Positions 27,822 to 41,407 of a DNA stretch of 64,000 bases are shown one piece after another. The number at the start of each line of letters is the position of its first letter. The first letter of the stretch is position 1. The position numbers were made by a program, and so were the translations under genes. The notes below the pieces were generated by a model, which saw only the letters and a program-made list of their open reading frames with translations, had not been told where the DNA came from and did not search any database. This DNA is from Camelus dromedarius (lineage: Eukaryota): contig NC_087438.1 of NCBI RefSeq assembly GCF_036321535.1, forward strand, positions 4,466,001 through 4,530,000, in the 5' to 3' direction.

Positions 27822-29899
27822 CAAGGGCTGCAAACTTTTTGGAAAGGGCCCGGTGGTGCCCATGTTAAGTTTTGGAGCCAAAGGACAGAATAAGTTACAT
27901 TGTGTAAGTATTTACAACAAAAGAGAAAGCAATTTTTCACAGAAATTGTATTGACAAAATTCAAAGTATGGTACCTTATTGCAGTTCTTATAATACAGGT
28001 ATAATAGGAATGTAATTTTTTTTTTTAGGGTACCTTCTCATCAAAAGCTGTTGTGTCTACCTCTTAGTGTTGATCTGCAAGGAAGTTTTATCTTTAAAAA
28101 TCTCTTCACACATGCAGGGACTGCCAAATATAGATCCCAGTCCACAAGTTTATGGTTTTAATTTCACATAATCCTGCCTTGAAAGGCTTTTATGGAATTC
28201 TGTTGCGTTCTGCCTTTGGCATTTGCCTTTCAGAATGTCATGACGTCGTAGATTAATGTCTCTCAATTGAAAACTAGATGGCAGCTCCTCAATTATACAA
28301 TTAAGCGGCTTTTGAAATATTGAAACCAAGGTTTAAAAAAACACTGGTGGAACTGTAGCCTGAGCTTAGATATTTGTCTACAGCAAACTAACGTGAGAAT
28401 GGAGATCTTGCTGCTTTTAATTTTAATAGCATAGAAAGTATATCAATAGCATTTGACATAACTTGTGATTCAAACAGTGTCAGTTGTCGAAATGACTATC
28501 ACAGTATAAATTTTGCATGTAAGTGATTTTTGTCTTACAGTTTTAGGTGGATTCACTAAGAAACATTATCAAGTCTGCAACAAAAGCTGATTTCCAATGC
28601 CCTTTAAAACTCAATAACAGTGGTTGAGGACAGTTTTTCTCAGTGAGAAAATTTGGCTTGAGCTCAAAATAGTGGTCAAGTCCACAGAGGGAATGTCAAA
28701 TTCACTGTTCGCACTGTTGGTTCAGACACGCACAATATAATTTTTTTTTTTTTTGCAAAGTACCTGCTGGTATAGGAAATAGCTTTAAACACCTTACATT
28801 TTCACAAGCTTTGTAAATTTGTAATTTGTCTGTGTCTGTTGCACACATTTTTTACCACCACAAGTTATAACAGCTTAGCAGATGCCACTGTAGATTGTAC
28901 TGAAGTAGTGTTTCCTCAGCTTCTCTGGAAACAGCCTCACCTTTGGTTGTTCCACGCAGACTGTTTAGAAAGCCTGATTCCTCGGTCACTTCAGCCTTAA
29001 TATTTGATTCCTAGGTTAGACACCTGAGCAGCAGCAGCAAACCTGGGGACACCAAAAGCCAGGGCTGCCCGCCTCCTCCACCTTCTGCCTGGCTTTTTAA
29101 CTGACTATCAGCATCATTCCTGTCGCCCTGACTCCTCCAGCAAGTGTTTTCGATGAAAGGCTAACCGTGTTAAACAAGTTTATGTTTCCTGGACGTTTCT
29201 TTAGCTGCCGCAATTAATTAACTCACCGCAGGTGTATGGTTTCCCTTGCTTGGCTGACAAAATGAGCTGCTTCGTAGCTTCCTGTGGTTGTAGCCTTGTT
29301 TTCATTTCTTTTGCAAAGAAATTCAGTAATGGGGTTGTGTTTCAGATTCTCTAATTTTTTGTTTCCTATGAGCTGAGGACGCCACGACGACGGCTCAGTC
29401 TGCTAGCGCGGATCTCAGTTAACAGTCTTCTTCTGGTGCAGCTGGTGTCACGCGTCCCAAAGGATGCTTTGTCATCTGATGCAGTGGCAAAATAGCCCGC
29501 ACTCCGCCGTACCTTCAGAGCATGGAGCATGCCCTCTACCTGTTCTGACGTGATGGGTGTGCGCTGAGCACCTGTGGCCCAGTGATACGCAGGGCACTCA
29601 GACCACTGCATCACGGTGATGGGCAGTGCCCCGAGCAGCAGTGCAAAGAGATGCAATTGCCAGCCCGCGGGCTCTGTCAGACAGCGTGTAAACGGGGGAC
29701 CGTGCCCATGTTTCAGTACCGCTTTATTGATGGATGCTGAAACTTGAATTTCATGTAATTTTCATGTGTCTTGAAATATTCTTTTGATTCCCCCCGCCTC
29801 TCCATTTAAAAATATAAAAACCTTTCTTAGCTATCACAGGCTATACCGAAACAGGTGGTAGCCTGGATTTGGCCCCAGGACGGTGTTTGCTGACACCTA
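27822..29899 (-). mobile_element. hAT-Charlie DNA transposon fossil (Cheshire/MER58-like), ~2.1 kb
   Basis: MER58-like termini CAAGGGCTGCAAACT.../...GTTTGCTGACACCTA; degenerate 8-bp flanks ACCTAGAC / ATCCAGAT; minus-strand remnant SIFGSPCMCEEIF (~28093-28146) resembles the hAT C-terminal FGSTYxCE motif. Confidence 0.75.
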
Positions 29900-31809
29900 A
29901 TCCAGATGTATGTTGATATCGCGGGCATAACATTAGTGACGGATGAGGAGCATCCGAGAAAGCCAGACAAGAGGGAGGTTTGGGTTTCACCTTTACGAGG
30001 TGCCAGCCAGTGTTTACCAGCTCACAATTCAGTCCTGAGCTTGAAACCAGGTTGGGAGAAAGCCATCAAGTGTCTGCCGCAGCTGCAGGAGGTTTCCTCA
30101 GAGTTGCTGCTTCCACACTTCGTGCATCTGTAACTTAGGAATTTGTGACATCTAGCGTTGAAGCTTTCCTTCAATCTTTTTAGTAAGAGCTATTTTTCAT
30201 ATTTCAAGCTTCTGATTTTTCCTCCCCTGGCCCTTCCTGTGAGCCTGCGTTGAAGTCAGCATGGGTTCCCTTCAGGTCATCAGTCCCAGTCTCTTAGGAA
30301 CTGAGCATTCTGCATTTTAACAGGCATCTTTCTAAACCACGCCCAGCGCCTGCATCCTCGACAAGTCTTATTTCCTGAGCTTTTTTCCCTGTATTTCTTC
30401 AAACTTGGAATTCTAACACTTTCTCAGTTCGGTCCTGCAATTTGCCACCCAGAAAAGTCCTTGAGACCATAACTCCCTGAAAGTTTTCTCTCAGCTTTCT
30501 CCCCACACTGTCCCCTTTCTACTTTCCCATGGCTAGAGAATCCGTAAGCTGCTCACTGTTGGTGCGTCTCCAGTCTGCCTTCAGGGGCAGGGTGAGAACC
30601 GTCTTGTCTTCTTCTGCCATTGACTGTTTCTTGCAAGTCTAACACAAGGCCCTCTGCCCTGGCTGAGAAACAGGGAGGGGCAGAAAGTCACCATGACAGC
30701 AGTGCCTGATCACAGCACTTCCAATCTCTGCCTGTTTCTAAGGGAGCCTTGTACCCCAATCAAGACCAAAGCCTGGTCTCGCTCGTGGTTTGAGCATGTG
30801 CAGTTAGCCTGCACCCCAGAGGCCAGCCCGCTGCACCCACTGTCTGCTCAGGAGTGAATCATGTTTCCACGATGAAGAGAGAAATGGCTGAGAGTCCCTG
30901 TTCTTTCTGAGGTGCTGGTCAACACTGTAGCTTCCACGCAAATTACCACCTCACTGATGACGTCACAGCCAAATGGATGCTTAACATCCAACTCATGCTT
31001 TGCCCTAAGCTTGTGTATCTCCTTTGGGGGAACGGGGCTGAACAAGCTGAGAACCTTGGGGACTGCTTTTCAGTCACGTGCGTGTTCTCCCAAGATGCTG
31101 AGTGAGACTGCTGCGGGGAGAGTGCCTTGAGGACGCACAGCCAACGCTATCGTGCTGTTGCTATTACTGCTAACGATCAATTATGTTTTTGCCCTGGAGT
31201 AGCTGGCCGAAATGGAAGCAAGTAATAACTTTTTACATGCTTTCCCTGTTTTAAGCTGTAATTCTCATAAATAAAGTTCACTCATTAGAAGTCTACGGTT
31301 TGACCGTTTTGATGATTGGATGCAGTTGTGGAGTCACTGCCTCAAGTGAGATACCGAACAGTTGTGTCCCCGTAAACATCCCTCGTGCCTCTTTGCCGTC
31401 AGCCCCTTCTGGCTCTAGTCTTGCCTCTCCTAGAATATCCTACGTCTAAATTCAGCTTCTTTCATTGATAGGATTCAAGTTGTCAGTTTGTTCTTCGGTC
31501 AGTTTTGGTCGCCTGTGTCTTTTAAGGATTTTGTCTGTTTCATTCAGGTTGTTGAGTTTATTGGCATGAAGTTGACACTAGTTTCTTATTCCCTTAAGGG
31601 CTGTAGGATATGTAGTGATGCCCGCTCTTTACATGTATTACACGTTGAAAGAGAAAATTCAAACACAGAATAAAATTTTGTACCCTGTTTTCTCCATACA
31701 TTTCTAGTTTCTTGTCCTTATATTTTCTCTCTTTAAACTTTTAGTAACGTGCATCTAAACTAGTGTCATATAACAGAAAAACATGATCTTCTAATTACCC
31801 AGATTTACA

Positions 31810-31900
31810 CTTAAACTCAGCCACTGACCAGCCCTGTGACCTTGAGCAGATTCCTTAGCTACTCTGTCTTAATCTTGTCCTGGGTCAAGTGTGTGTAGCA
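31810..31900. mobile_element. MIR fragment
   Basis: MIR core-like CCACTGACCAGCCCTGTGACCTTGAGCAGATTCCTTAGC. Confidence 0.5.
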
Positions 31901-32323
31901 GTGTCTCCTGCCCAGGTAGCTGGGGGGCCTTGCTGGTGACGGGCGCCCGGTGAGTGAGAGCCACTGCGTTGGCGATGGGCAGTGTGATGGTGTCCCCCAA
32001 ATCGCACTGCTCAGACTAGACCTTGTTACTGGTTTTAGGATGGTGGAAGCTTTGAGAGCTTCTTAAAGCCTTCAGCTTACTCCAATTCACATTCTGTATA
32101 GTTAGAATCCTGAGTTTGTGCACTATGGTGTACGTTACTGAAACACGGTTGATTCTTTAACTAGAAATCCTGCTTTTAACAGATGTGGTAAATCTGTGCA
32201 AGAAGTACTAAGAAAGACTTTTATACAGAAAGCGAGATTAAAAACACAGGGTGCTTAGAATTGCAGGAATTAGATTCTTTACCATTGTTGCTTTGAAAAC
32301 AAAAATGTTTCTTGTTTCCTGAG

Positions 32324-32490
32324 GACCTTGATTTTCTCGCTTCTGATCCGAGGAGGGAAGCCCACGCCGCTCTACTCGTTTGTCCTGGCCTTCGTGTTCT
32401 GCACCTACAACGGCTACCTGCAGAGCCGCTACCTGAGCCAGTACGCCGTGTACTCAGACGACTGGGTCACCGACCCCCGATTCCTAACAG
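32324..32490 (+). CDS. SRD5A1: SRD5A1 exon 2
   Basis: TLIFSLLIRGGKPTPLYSFVLAFVFCTYNGYLQSRYLSQYAVYSDDWVTDPRFLT; GAG acceptor, GTGAAG donor; 167 nt keeps the frame. Confidence 0.93.
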
Positions 32491-35400
32491 GTGAAGGTCC
32501 TTAGTGATGCCTGCCACCATTCTAATGATAACTTCAATTTTCGTGTTCCAATCATTTCTAGTTAGGAAACACACATTTCCGGAGAGAACACAGGGTCTAA
32601 AGGTTGATGACTGACCTGGCCGGGGAGGCGGGAGGGGACAGCAGCGCTGGCTTGGGCGGCAGGGAGTCAGGCTGTCCCGGGGCCGCATCAGCAGCCCGAG
32701 CTGACACAGGTGCTGGCACCCTCGCCCACTCAAGGGCTGGAAGTGCAAATACCTGTTCTTCAGGTGCACCTAAAAATAGCAGCAGGCCCCAGCAGGGTGG
32801 GCAGTGGACTAAAACAGAGGAGGCTCGGGCACTAATCGGCCGTGTAATCTAAGATAGGCATTAAACCTCCTGCAGTTTCTTCTGGAAAATGACAGGGCGT
32901 CAGGTTAGGTCATCTTCCCACAAGGCAATCAGGCTGTTACGGTTAGACTAACTCGAGTGCGCTGTTAGGTTTGTGAAGTTCTCAAAGTGTTTTTATTTTT
33001 ATCCATTAGTGTAAATTAATATACATTTTTCAAGTTCTCATTAGAACAAAGTTCTAACCTGAACAAAAATGATCATAAAACATTAGCCATCAAAAATATT
33101 TGCAAAATACCTCCTAAATTAACATGGTAAATCAACTGCACTTCAGTAAAAAACAAAAGTTAAAAAAAATTTTGCAAGAATGTTGCTAAATACATAATTT
33201 GGGGCATCTTATTTTTAAGGAAAGATCTCCTATAATGTTTACCCTCAGAGCGTCTGGAAATTCTAGCACATTCAGAAAGCACTTGCTCCCGTGGGAGCGT
33301 ACTAAGAGTCTGAAATTAGACCATCAGATTTTCAAACTGCCCCACTTCCTTTACCTTAAGCTCCATAAAGTGACCTTCCATTTCATTTGGCTTTTTCCCC
33401 ATGTGTATCAATTTGTAGAAGTAGATAAGAGAAAACTAACATTTTGAGAAGTACTTTGTTGTTGACGAAGCCCTTTCACATTTCTCAGTCATACATTTTC
33501 TGTGAATTGAAGCTGTGTTCCCAGGGCAGTGTCCTCGTCATACCTGAGAATTGTCACAACAAGGGGTCTGCCTCCTTATCCATTCAAAGGAAGGATGGAT
33601 GCAAACATTTTCAGGATCCTTCTCCAGCTTCACAAATCTCTGCCTCTGTGAAACACGAGACCAAATTGTTTTGCTTGGACACTGCCCCAAACATCATCTT
33701 GATTTACCAGCTCTTTGACTATCTGATTTTCTTCTGCCCCCGCTATCAGGAGGAGGAGAGGGAACAGGCTCGGCCACCTGCCGGGAGCTGCACACATACC
33801 TTCTGCCTCCCAAGGTCCAGGAAAGGGCAGAACTTAGATTCTGTTCCCACGAGGAAGGAAAGGTCAGAATGTTAAGCAGCTGGCCCAAGATCTAAATCGA
33901 GTAATAACAGAGTGATGGTTTACACCAGCTCATCACATGGACCTACAGAAGCAGGCAGTGGGGGACAGAGAAAGGGGGTTGATTTTCAACTAAAAGATAA
34001 AGATTTTAAGTGTTTACTTGAGATTCTCATGGGAATCATTTCTGTGTTTGGATACTTTTTGATGAACGTCAACAAAACCAAAGAGTTCTTTTGGTCTGTG
34101 AGTTTAACTGTCATTCAGCTAGACCATGTTACCTGTAGGTGCCTCTGTGAAGCTGGTGTAAAATTTAAGGCATCAGTAAATTGTACACAGACTTCCTGCC
34201 TCTCTCCCATTGAACAGAAGAAACCGAAAATGAAGAAAAAAGAAAATGCCAATTGAAAAAACAAATGAGGTTACTTTGTTGGGTATTATCTTTATCTCAT
34301 AAAGTTTATAGCTTTTGTAATTACATGAATAATTCTTGAAATCACATAAATAATTCATTATATTTACAGTAGTTACCACTAAAAGCTAAGCAAATAGGCA
34401 TCAAATCCTAACAAGAAGTCTTCCAGAGCAGTAACAGCAGTTAATCTAAAAGAATTTGTACAGAGATGTTAAGATCCCTAACTGTTGAATTAAACGTTTA
34501 GCTCAGATGAGCACAAATATTAATGTCCTTACTAATCTGTGCAACAAAGGAAGCTTGCCTCCTAGAAGAGAAATAAAATAAGCATGAAATGTTGAGAATG
34601 CGATTTTTTCTGGAACCTCACGCTGGGGGCCAGGTCACCTGGGAGTGGCGTACTGAGACTCAAAGGAGGGAGCGGGTCAGCTATCAATTGATGGGTCCAG
34701 CAAGGGGGTCATAAAACATATCACAAAACAAAACTGGGTACGAACTGTTTAGAGAGTGAGCTGCCGAGGAAAGTCAGAAGTAAGGAACCCCGAAACCCTT
34801 ACTGTAACCTGAACGGGATTTACACGTCCCTGTTCTGACCGTGGAAAACCGTTTGATGCCACTGGCATAAATGACGAATAATCCATAATGTTACTCCAAG
34901 TGTACGTTTCTGTGATACAGAATCGAATGCCGCCATTACGCGCCATCTGCCTTTCACATTTTTTAAATATCTCAGGACAATCAAATTAACACTGTTTTGA
35001 CATTTTGCCTTTTCTTGTTGGAATTCATTGATACGGTCCTACGAAGTCTCCTCAAGGTGATGAAAAACTTCTGAAGACTTTTATGAATGGAAGAGAAGAT
35101 GTTCAGATGCTATGGGATGTCTAGTAAGAGCCGGACAGCCGGCAGTGGAAGATTTTCTTGGGAGCTGAAATGGACAGACCCAGGAATACCAATGGACGAG
35201 TGAGCAGGAAATCGCGGTGGGGGACGCCATGGATACGCATTAAACTGTTTAGATGAGATGATTGAAGAAGAAGAGAAGAGAACCAGGGATTAGCTCCTTG
35301 GAACCACCCCCCAAGGGGCCTGAAGGCAGCTATGTGCTGGGACTTCACCTCCTTGTCTGCCCAACGGAGAGGCGGCAGGCTTCAGACTCGGTTTTAGGGA

Positions 35401-35790
35401 AGACAGATAAATCCCATGGGCTGACTCACTGGTGATGGTAATGCCTTGTCCTAGAAGAGAGCCTTGGGCCAAAGTCACAAGTCATATTTCTAATCATACT
35501 AATCATCCTGAAAACACAGACTGTGGCCACCTGGTCAAAGCATTTTGAATATATTAGATCATGTGTTAGTATTATTAGGAGAGCAAAGCGCTATCTAGCA
35601 TGCCTGGAGCAGCGTTATAAATCATCTTTCTGAGCAAGGGACAGTATTTGTCACAATGATTTTTCCTGCCAGTTACGGCTAATGTGTTACACCACTGACG
35701 GTAATATGAAGGATTCCAGTCCTACTGTTCAGTTTGTGAACCTGGTGGTTTATTTAGCCATAACACTCTTGAGTAATGTATTTTCTTTAG

Positions 35791-35892
35791 GTTTCGTCTT
35801 GTGGTTGGTTGGCCTTCTGATAAACATCCACTCAGATCATGTCCTAAGGAACCTCAGGAAACCAGGGGAGACTGGATATAAAATACCAAGGG
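35791..35892 (+). CDS. SRD5A1: SRD5A1 exon 3
   Basis: FVLWLVGLLINIHSDHVLRNLRKPGETGYKIPR; TAG acceptor, GTATGT donor; 102 nt. Confidence 0.97.
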
Positions 35893-37552
35893 GTATGTAC
35901 GGAAAATGAGGAATTTATCCTCAAACTGCACTGAATGCCTTGCTGTTTCAGTTTTGCCAGCTCTCATAGCTGAAGTATTTATTTATTGCACATTTTCAGT
36001 GAGAATCACTATTATTAGTAGCAATGACCAGGATTATTGTTTTATTAAAATGATAAGCAATTCTGACTAACTGAATGGTTATTAAGCAAAAAGGAAACTC
36101 TAGTTATATCTGTATTTGGAAAGAAAGTATGAGTAGGAATTTACAGTTTACAAGGGGTGTCCAGTGCTTCATTTGTGGCAGGATACTTTGACCCTCCCCC
36201 TGAAAACAGTTAAAAATATGGGGTGAAATTTTTAAATGCATCAGAATGGTGTCAGGAAAGGGAGTTATCATCAGAGGGCAAAGTCTTAAGTGAGTGTGAG
36301 AGCCCGGCGTGCCCTCGGGAGAGCCTGGAGCCACTCTCGGACCCTCACACTGGTTTGTAGCCCAAATCTGTGCTGCTCGCCTGGTCTGAAACACGTCCGG
36401 ACATGAATTATGCTCCACGTGGTCCTGGGGGTGGTGCGCTCCCACCTGCGGCCAGTGACAGCCCAGGTCCCCAGGGAACCTGCCCTCAACGCAGGCCGAG
36501 AGCCCAGCGGGCCACACACCACAGAGTAAGGGCCACAGTCCAAAGTTGGGGACCCACGAGGAAACGGCACCGTGAACGAGAGCGAGCACAGATCTTAGCG
36601 TTCATAGAAACAGGTTATACGGTGAATACTCCGATGGTTAAAAAAGCTAAGAGGAATTGAACTTACGAGTAAAGGAGTAACATGCGAAAAAGAGAACTAA
36701 GTGGATGTAAGCTGGAAAACAATGGGGCGTCTAAAACTTAAAAAAAAATTCAGTGGGTAAAATTAAAACTGGAGGGGAAGTGGGAGGGTGCAGGAGCGCT
36801 GAGTTTGGAATCCTTCCGCTTAACCTCCTGGAGACCACGCAGGAATAACAGCTACAGATGACCAGAACCCTGTCAACCTCACGTGACTTCAGTCGTGGTT
36901 ACCCTCGGAGTGTGTGGCTCTGCTCTCCAGCCCGACCACTGCCCGCGCCCCGACCTCCCTCCTGCCCAGCCCGACTTCCCCTCCCGGCCTGCCCTCCTCT
37001 GGCCTTGAGTCCTCTGCACCCTCCCTGGGGTGTAATGGCCCAGATGTGGGGGAGGGGTCTCGCCCACGGTGCACCCCACGTGCTTAGAGCAGGGTCTGCC
37101 CCGTAATGTAGATTTGATGAATCTGAAGCCTTGATGAGTGAATGAATGAGTGAGTCTGTCCTTGGAAATTAGTATTGTCTTCAGTTTTTGCCTAGGGGCC
37201 CATGTAGGTCCATTTTACCAAACTAGTTCATTGACTTGTTCCATGTTCCCTGTCCTCACTTAGGTTTTGTCAGCTGGGCCCATTAACTAGTGAAGTGATA
37301 CATTAGAGTGTGTTAAAGCCATGGCAGCTGGTAGTCAGATGAGCAGGTAGGTGTTGACACAGGCACATCGCTGTGATATGAAATAGTGAAACTGGTCACG
37401 TTGGGTGTGTTTCATTGATGGAAATTCTGTGAAGGTTGTATTTTCCCATAGTCAACTTTCATGTTCTCCGAGTATTACCGGTGTCTCTGAAGTCAGGGTT
37501 TTGTTCGGCATTGTTCTGTGGTAAACGCCCTGCTGTCTCTGTTTTCTCCTAG

Positions 37553-37703
37553 GCGGCTTGTTTGAGTACATCTCTGCGGCCAACTACTTCGGGGAGGTGG
37601 TGGAGTGGTGCGGCTACGCGCTGGCGTCCTGGTCCATCCAGGGCTGGGCGTTCGCCCTCTTCACGTTCTGCACCCTGGTCACCAGGGCTCAGCAGCATCA
37701 CCA
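37553..37703 (+). CDS. SRD5A1: SRD5A1 exon 4
   Basis: GLFEYISAANYFGEVVEWCGYALASWSIQGWAFALFTFCTLVTRAQQHH; TAG acceptor, GTACGT donor; 151 nt. Confidence 0.97.
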
Positions 37704-38097
37704 GTACGTTTTAAAACACTTCTAGCATTTTCCATCTGTCCTCTGACGTCAGTATACCAATTTTCAGGTTAGAGTTTGGACGCGTTATTGCCTTATCCCA
37801 GTTTATACCAAGTTTTAGCTAAATGAGTCCAAAACCAATCGTTGGGCCACAGGCAGAGGCAGAGAGGACCTTGAGGTCCTCAGTTTTCTCCTCTGCTGGA
37901 CGGCTTCCCCAAATCTCAGGCTGTTTTTCTGTGAATCATTTTTCTCAGAACCAGAAAGATTCATACACAAAACAAGCTTGACTGATATAATACTAAGCTA
38001 TTACCGCTGTAGACTAAAAATATCTAACAAAGTCCTAGAAAATGAATAAAACCAAACTAGATTCATGTAAGGGCAGTGATGACAACAGCCAGCTGTC

Positions 38098-38185
38098 TCC
38101 TCCCTCCCCCTCCTGCCCACTCCGCCTCCTCTCCTCCCCCTCCCTCCACCCCTTCCTCCCCTCCCCCCTCCCCCCAGCACCTGCC
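38098..38185 (+). repeat. C-rich low-complexity tract in SRD5A1 intron 4
   Basis: Repeated CCTCCCCC units (G-runs on the minus strand). Confidence 0.8.
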
Positions 38186-39998
38186 CACACAGCCCAGTAC
38201 AGGGGGCCCAAGGTCAACTTCTCAGGCTCCTGTCACCTCTAGGAGAAGATGCTATTCCTGTACCTTTGTTATCTTCGATATTAAAAAGCGAATATTGGTT
38301 GGTTTCTAATAATAAAAACAAGTGAGAGAATCCTGATGGTTTAAGAGACTGGAACAGAGGCAGACTGAAGAAGAGCATGCCAAGCCAGTAGTAGAGATGT
38401 TTTCTCGAATGAAAACAGGAAAATCCCTCTCACCATTTGAATGTGAAACATATAGTAATAAAAAATAAATAATTCTGTTTTCCAGACAAAAGCCTTTGTT
38501 AAAAACAACCCAAAGGTGCTCTTTGCAGAATGATTCGTGGGTCGAAAGGGCTCTTTTTCATTCATTTGCTATTTAAATTGATGTCAGGTTGAAATCAATT
38601 TTAATTAATTCAGTTGACTGGAAGTATGTTCAGAAATGTTGGATTTACAAGCTGAGAACAAAATAAAAACTATCCTTTTTTTTTTTTTAGAATCTAGTGA
38701 ACCCAACTGATGAAACTATCAGATAAACTGATTCCAAAAGGAAACAGTCTGTGAGGCTAGTCCTTGAACTATATTTGACTTATTAACAATGTTCTCAAAG
38801 CAGTGTTTCATTATAATGAATTTCGTTCTATGAGAACTAGACAGGAAGTGTTTAAATTCATCAATGACTAGCATGTTGGTAGGTAAAGCTGCAGGTCAGA
38901 AGCTTCGGGTCAGTTGTGCCAAGTAGCTAACAGATACTCTGTTTTGAGGGCAAGGAGTGTCGGGGGGGAAGGCTTTCACACCGTTTTCTCCAGCAGCCAC
39001 GCCTGTGGTTTTGCACACGACTTGGCAGCTGTCTGTGGGCGAGTGGGCTCAGGTGTGGTTGTTCACCCCAGATACTGGAAGCTGGAGGCAAACCTCAAGG
39101 ACAGTGTTCAAGGGGAGACTCCTGTTGAAATAAAAAATCATTCCATGCTTATCTGTTTGTTAACTTTAATGTCACCTAAAAAAATGAACTCAGTGTGTCT
39201 TCAAGACACCATGGTTGATGATGCAGTGATTTGAAAAAAAAAGACCCACCAGAATATGAGCTGTTGCCATATTGTCACAGCCTGTTTCATCAGACTTGAG
39301 TACATAGCCGTTGTGAACTCTTGCAAAGTGTTTACTCAGCTGTCGGGACCCATCCCCGCAGAGGAAAACTTCCCTGAGAGAGGCTGGGAACACAAAGCTG
39401 TTTGTGAGCCAGAAACACGGCGACTGCTTTGAAGAGTAATTCAAAGAATTACCTCAGATTTAGCATAATCTGAACATGGGGAAGTGGGCATCCCTCGGAG
39501 AGAAGTTATTTTACATCCAACAGAAAGGCAGCAGGACGTTAACTCAGGCTCAACAGTGGTAAAATCAAGACCAAAACTTGGTATCCAGCCCTGGTCAGTG
39601 TCCCGTAAGTGACAGCTTTGATACTAGGGTTAGAAAAATGAATGAGAAAGAAAACAGAAAGATGCCGCCTGCCCTTTTAGGAACACGTATGCACACGCAC
39701 ATGTGCATAAATCAGAGAGTGTATTTGCTTGGGGTGGATCTGTGGTCTCGGTGATCAGACAAGCAGGAACTCTGTGCTGCACCACTGCACTGCCCTTCCA
39801 CCGCCCCGGGGAGGCCGGGTGACTGTCAGCTCCCGCTTGTTGACGCTGTCACTTGTCTGCGGCCGGCAGGCCCTCGTCCTCGGGCAGTTTCGGGACAGGA
39901 GCTTGCCTCCTGCCTCTGCTCATGCAGCGTCCGCTCCCCTGACCCATCGGGAGGTCTTAGGAGCTGCTCCTGGTCCGAGCCCTAGATCCCGAGCAGGC

Positions 39999-40340
39999 TG
40001 TCTTAGTCAGTGCTGGCTGCTGTAACAAGCACGCCGTAGACTGGGTAGCTCATTCACAACAGACGTTTGTTTATTCCTCGCAGTTCTGGTGGCTGGAAAT
40101 CCGAGATCAGGGTGCCAACCCGGCCGTTTCTGGGTTGCAGACGGTGCCACCTCCCTGTAACCTCAGAGGGTGGAAAGGGCAGGGAGGTGCGGGGCCGCTC
40201 TAATCGGGCACTAACCCCATTCTTGCCTAAGTTCCTCATGACCTGATCACCTCCCAGAGGCCTCACTTCTAATACGGTCCTCACCTCGGGCACGAGGTTT
40301 TCAGCGAGGCTCTGGGGGTGCCCTCTGGACGGCAGCGCCG
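39999..40340 (-). mobile_element. MaLR LTR (MLT1A/B-like)
   Basis: TGTCTTAGTC...GCTGCTGTAACAAG...CAGTTCTGGTGGCTGGAAATCCGAGATCAGGGTGCC...CTCATGACCTGATCACCTCCCAGAGG is characteristic reverse-strand MLT1 text. Confidence 0.8.
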
Positions 40341-41407
40341 GCCCGCGTGAGTCGGTGCTCGGATTGTGCTCCTATGCGCTTGGCACCAGCACCCTCCACC
40401 GTCCCTCTCGCCTCAGGCCTGTCGTTGACCTGGAAGGTCTGCTGTCACTGCGCCAGGGGAGGTGATGCTTCACCCCCAGGTCTGCTGACCACCTTCCAGG
40501 GGTTTTTCTCATTACGGGCCTCTTGGGGAATACAGATCAGCACGTGAGAGTCGACACGGCCGTCCGATACGCAGCGGTTCTGTATTTGTGGTGACATTGC
40601 ACCTGTCGAAAAATCAGGATTTTGCCAACTCATTTTCAGTTTGTTGTTTTCGTATATATCTGCCATCTTAACAGATCGCTAATTACTTTAAATCATGTTT
40701 TTTAGTCTGTTTAGCGCTCTTTTGTGCTGATGGAAGCTCCCTTTTTCTGCCTATTTCCTCATCTTGGCAAATTTTAATTTTTATTCCATCCACTTAGTCA
40801 CCACCCTCCTCAGCTAGCTGTCCCCTCCACCCCAACGCACGAGTGTGCCTTGGCTTGTATAGTTTATATCAAAACTGAGAATAGCTGTTTGTGTAAGTGC
40901 AGGGCCAAGTTGTGAACGACCCACGTTGCATTTTCCCGGGTTTGTGTGAGTGTCGCCTGGCAAGTCGCCGGGCGTCCTTGCCACAGGCCCCGGGTCTGGA
41001 GCAGCGGTTCTCTCTGGGGACAGGAGAAAACTCTGGGAGTCACCAGGAGGTACTCAGGACACACTGCTCGCGCCCCCCGCCCCCCTAGACCTGCATGCTG
41101 TGGGCCTGCAGACCGCTCCCCAGTGGGCAGAGCGGCTTCTCAGCCACGTGCCTGTGATTTTCCTAGACACTATAGCGGTGAATTACATGGGTTACATCTT
41201 CATGAATCACACTTTATAACCAGATATGTTTATTCACAATACAGACAAAAGTCAAACTAAGGTTCTAAGATGCCAGAATTTTTAGTATGACTTTCAGAAA
41301 GCTCAGCATCCCTTTACAATGAAAATACTGTCCCTGTTGTTAGCATCTCTTAAATGTTTCAGTGAGAAAATTAACCTCTTTTAATGTGTTTTTTTTTCTT
41401 GTTTCAG

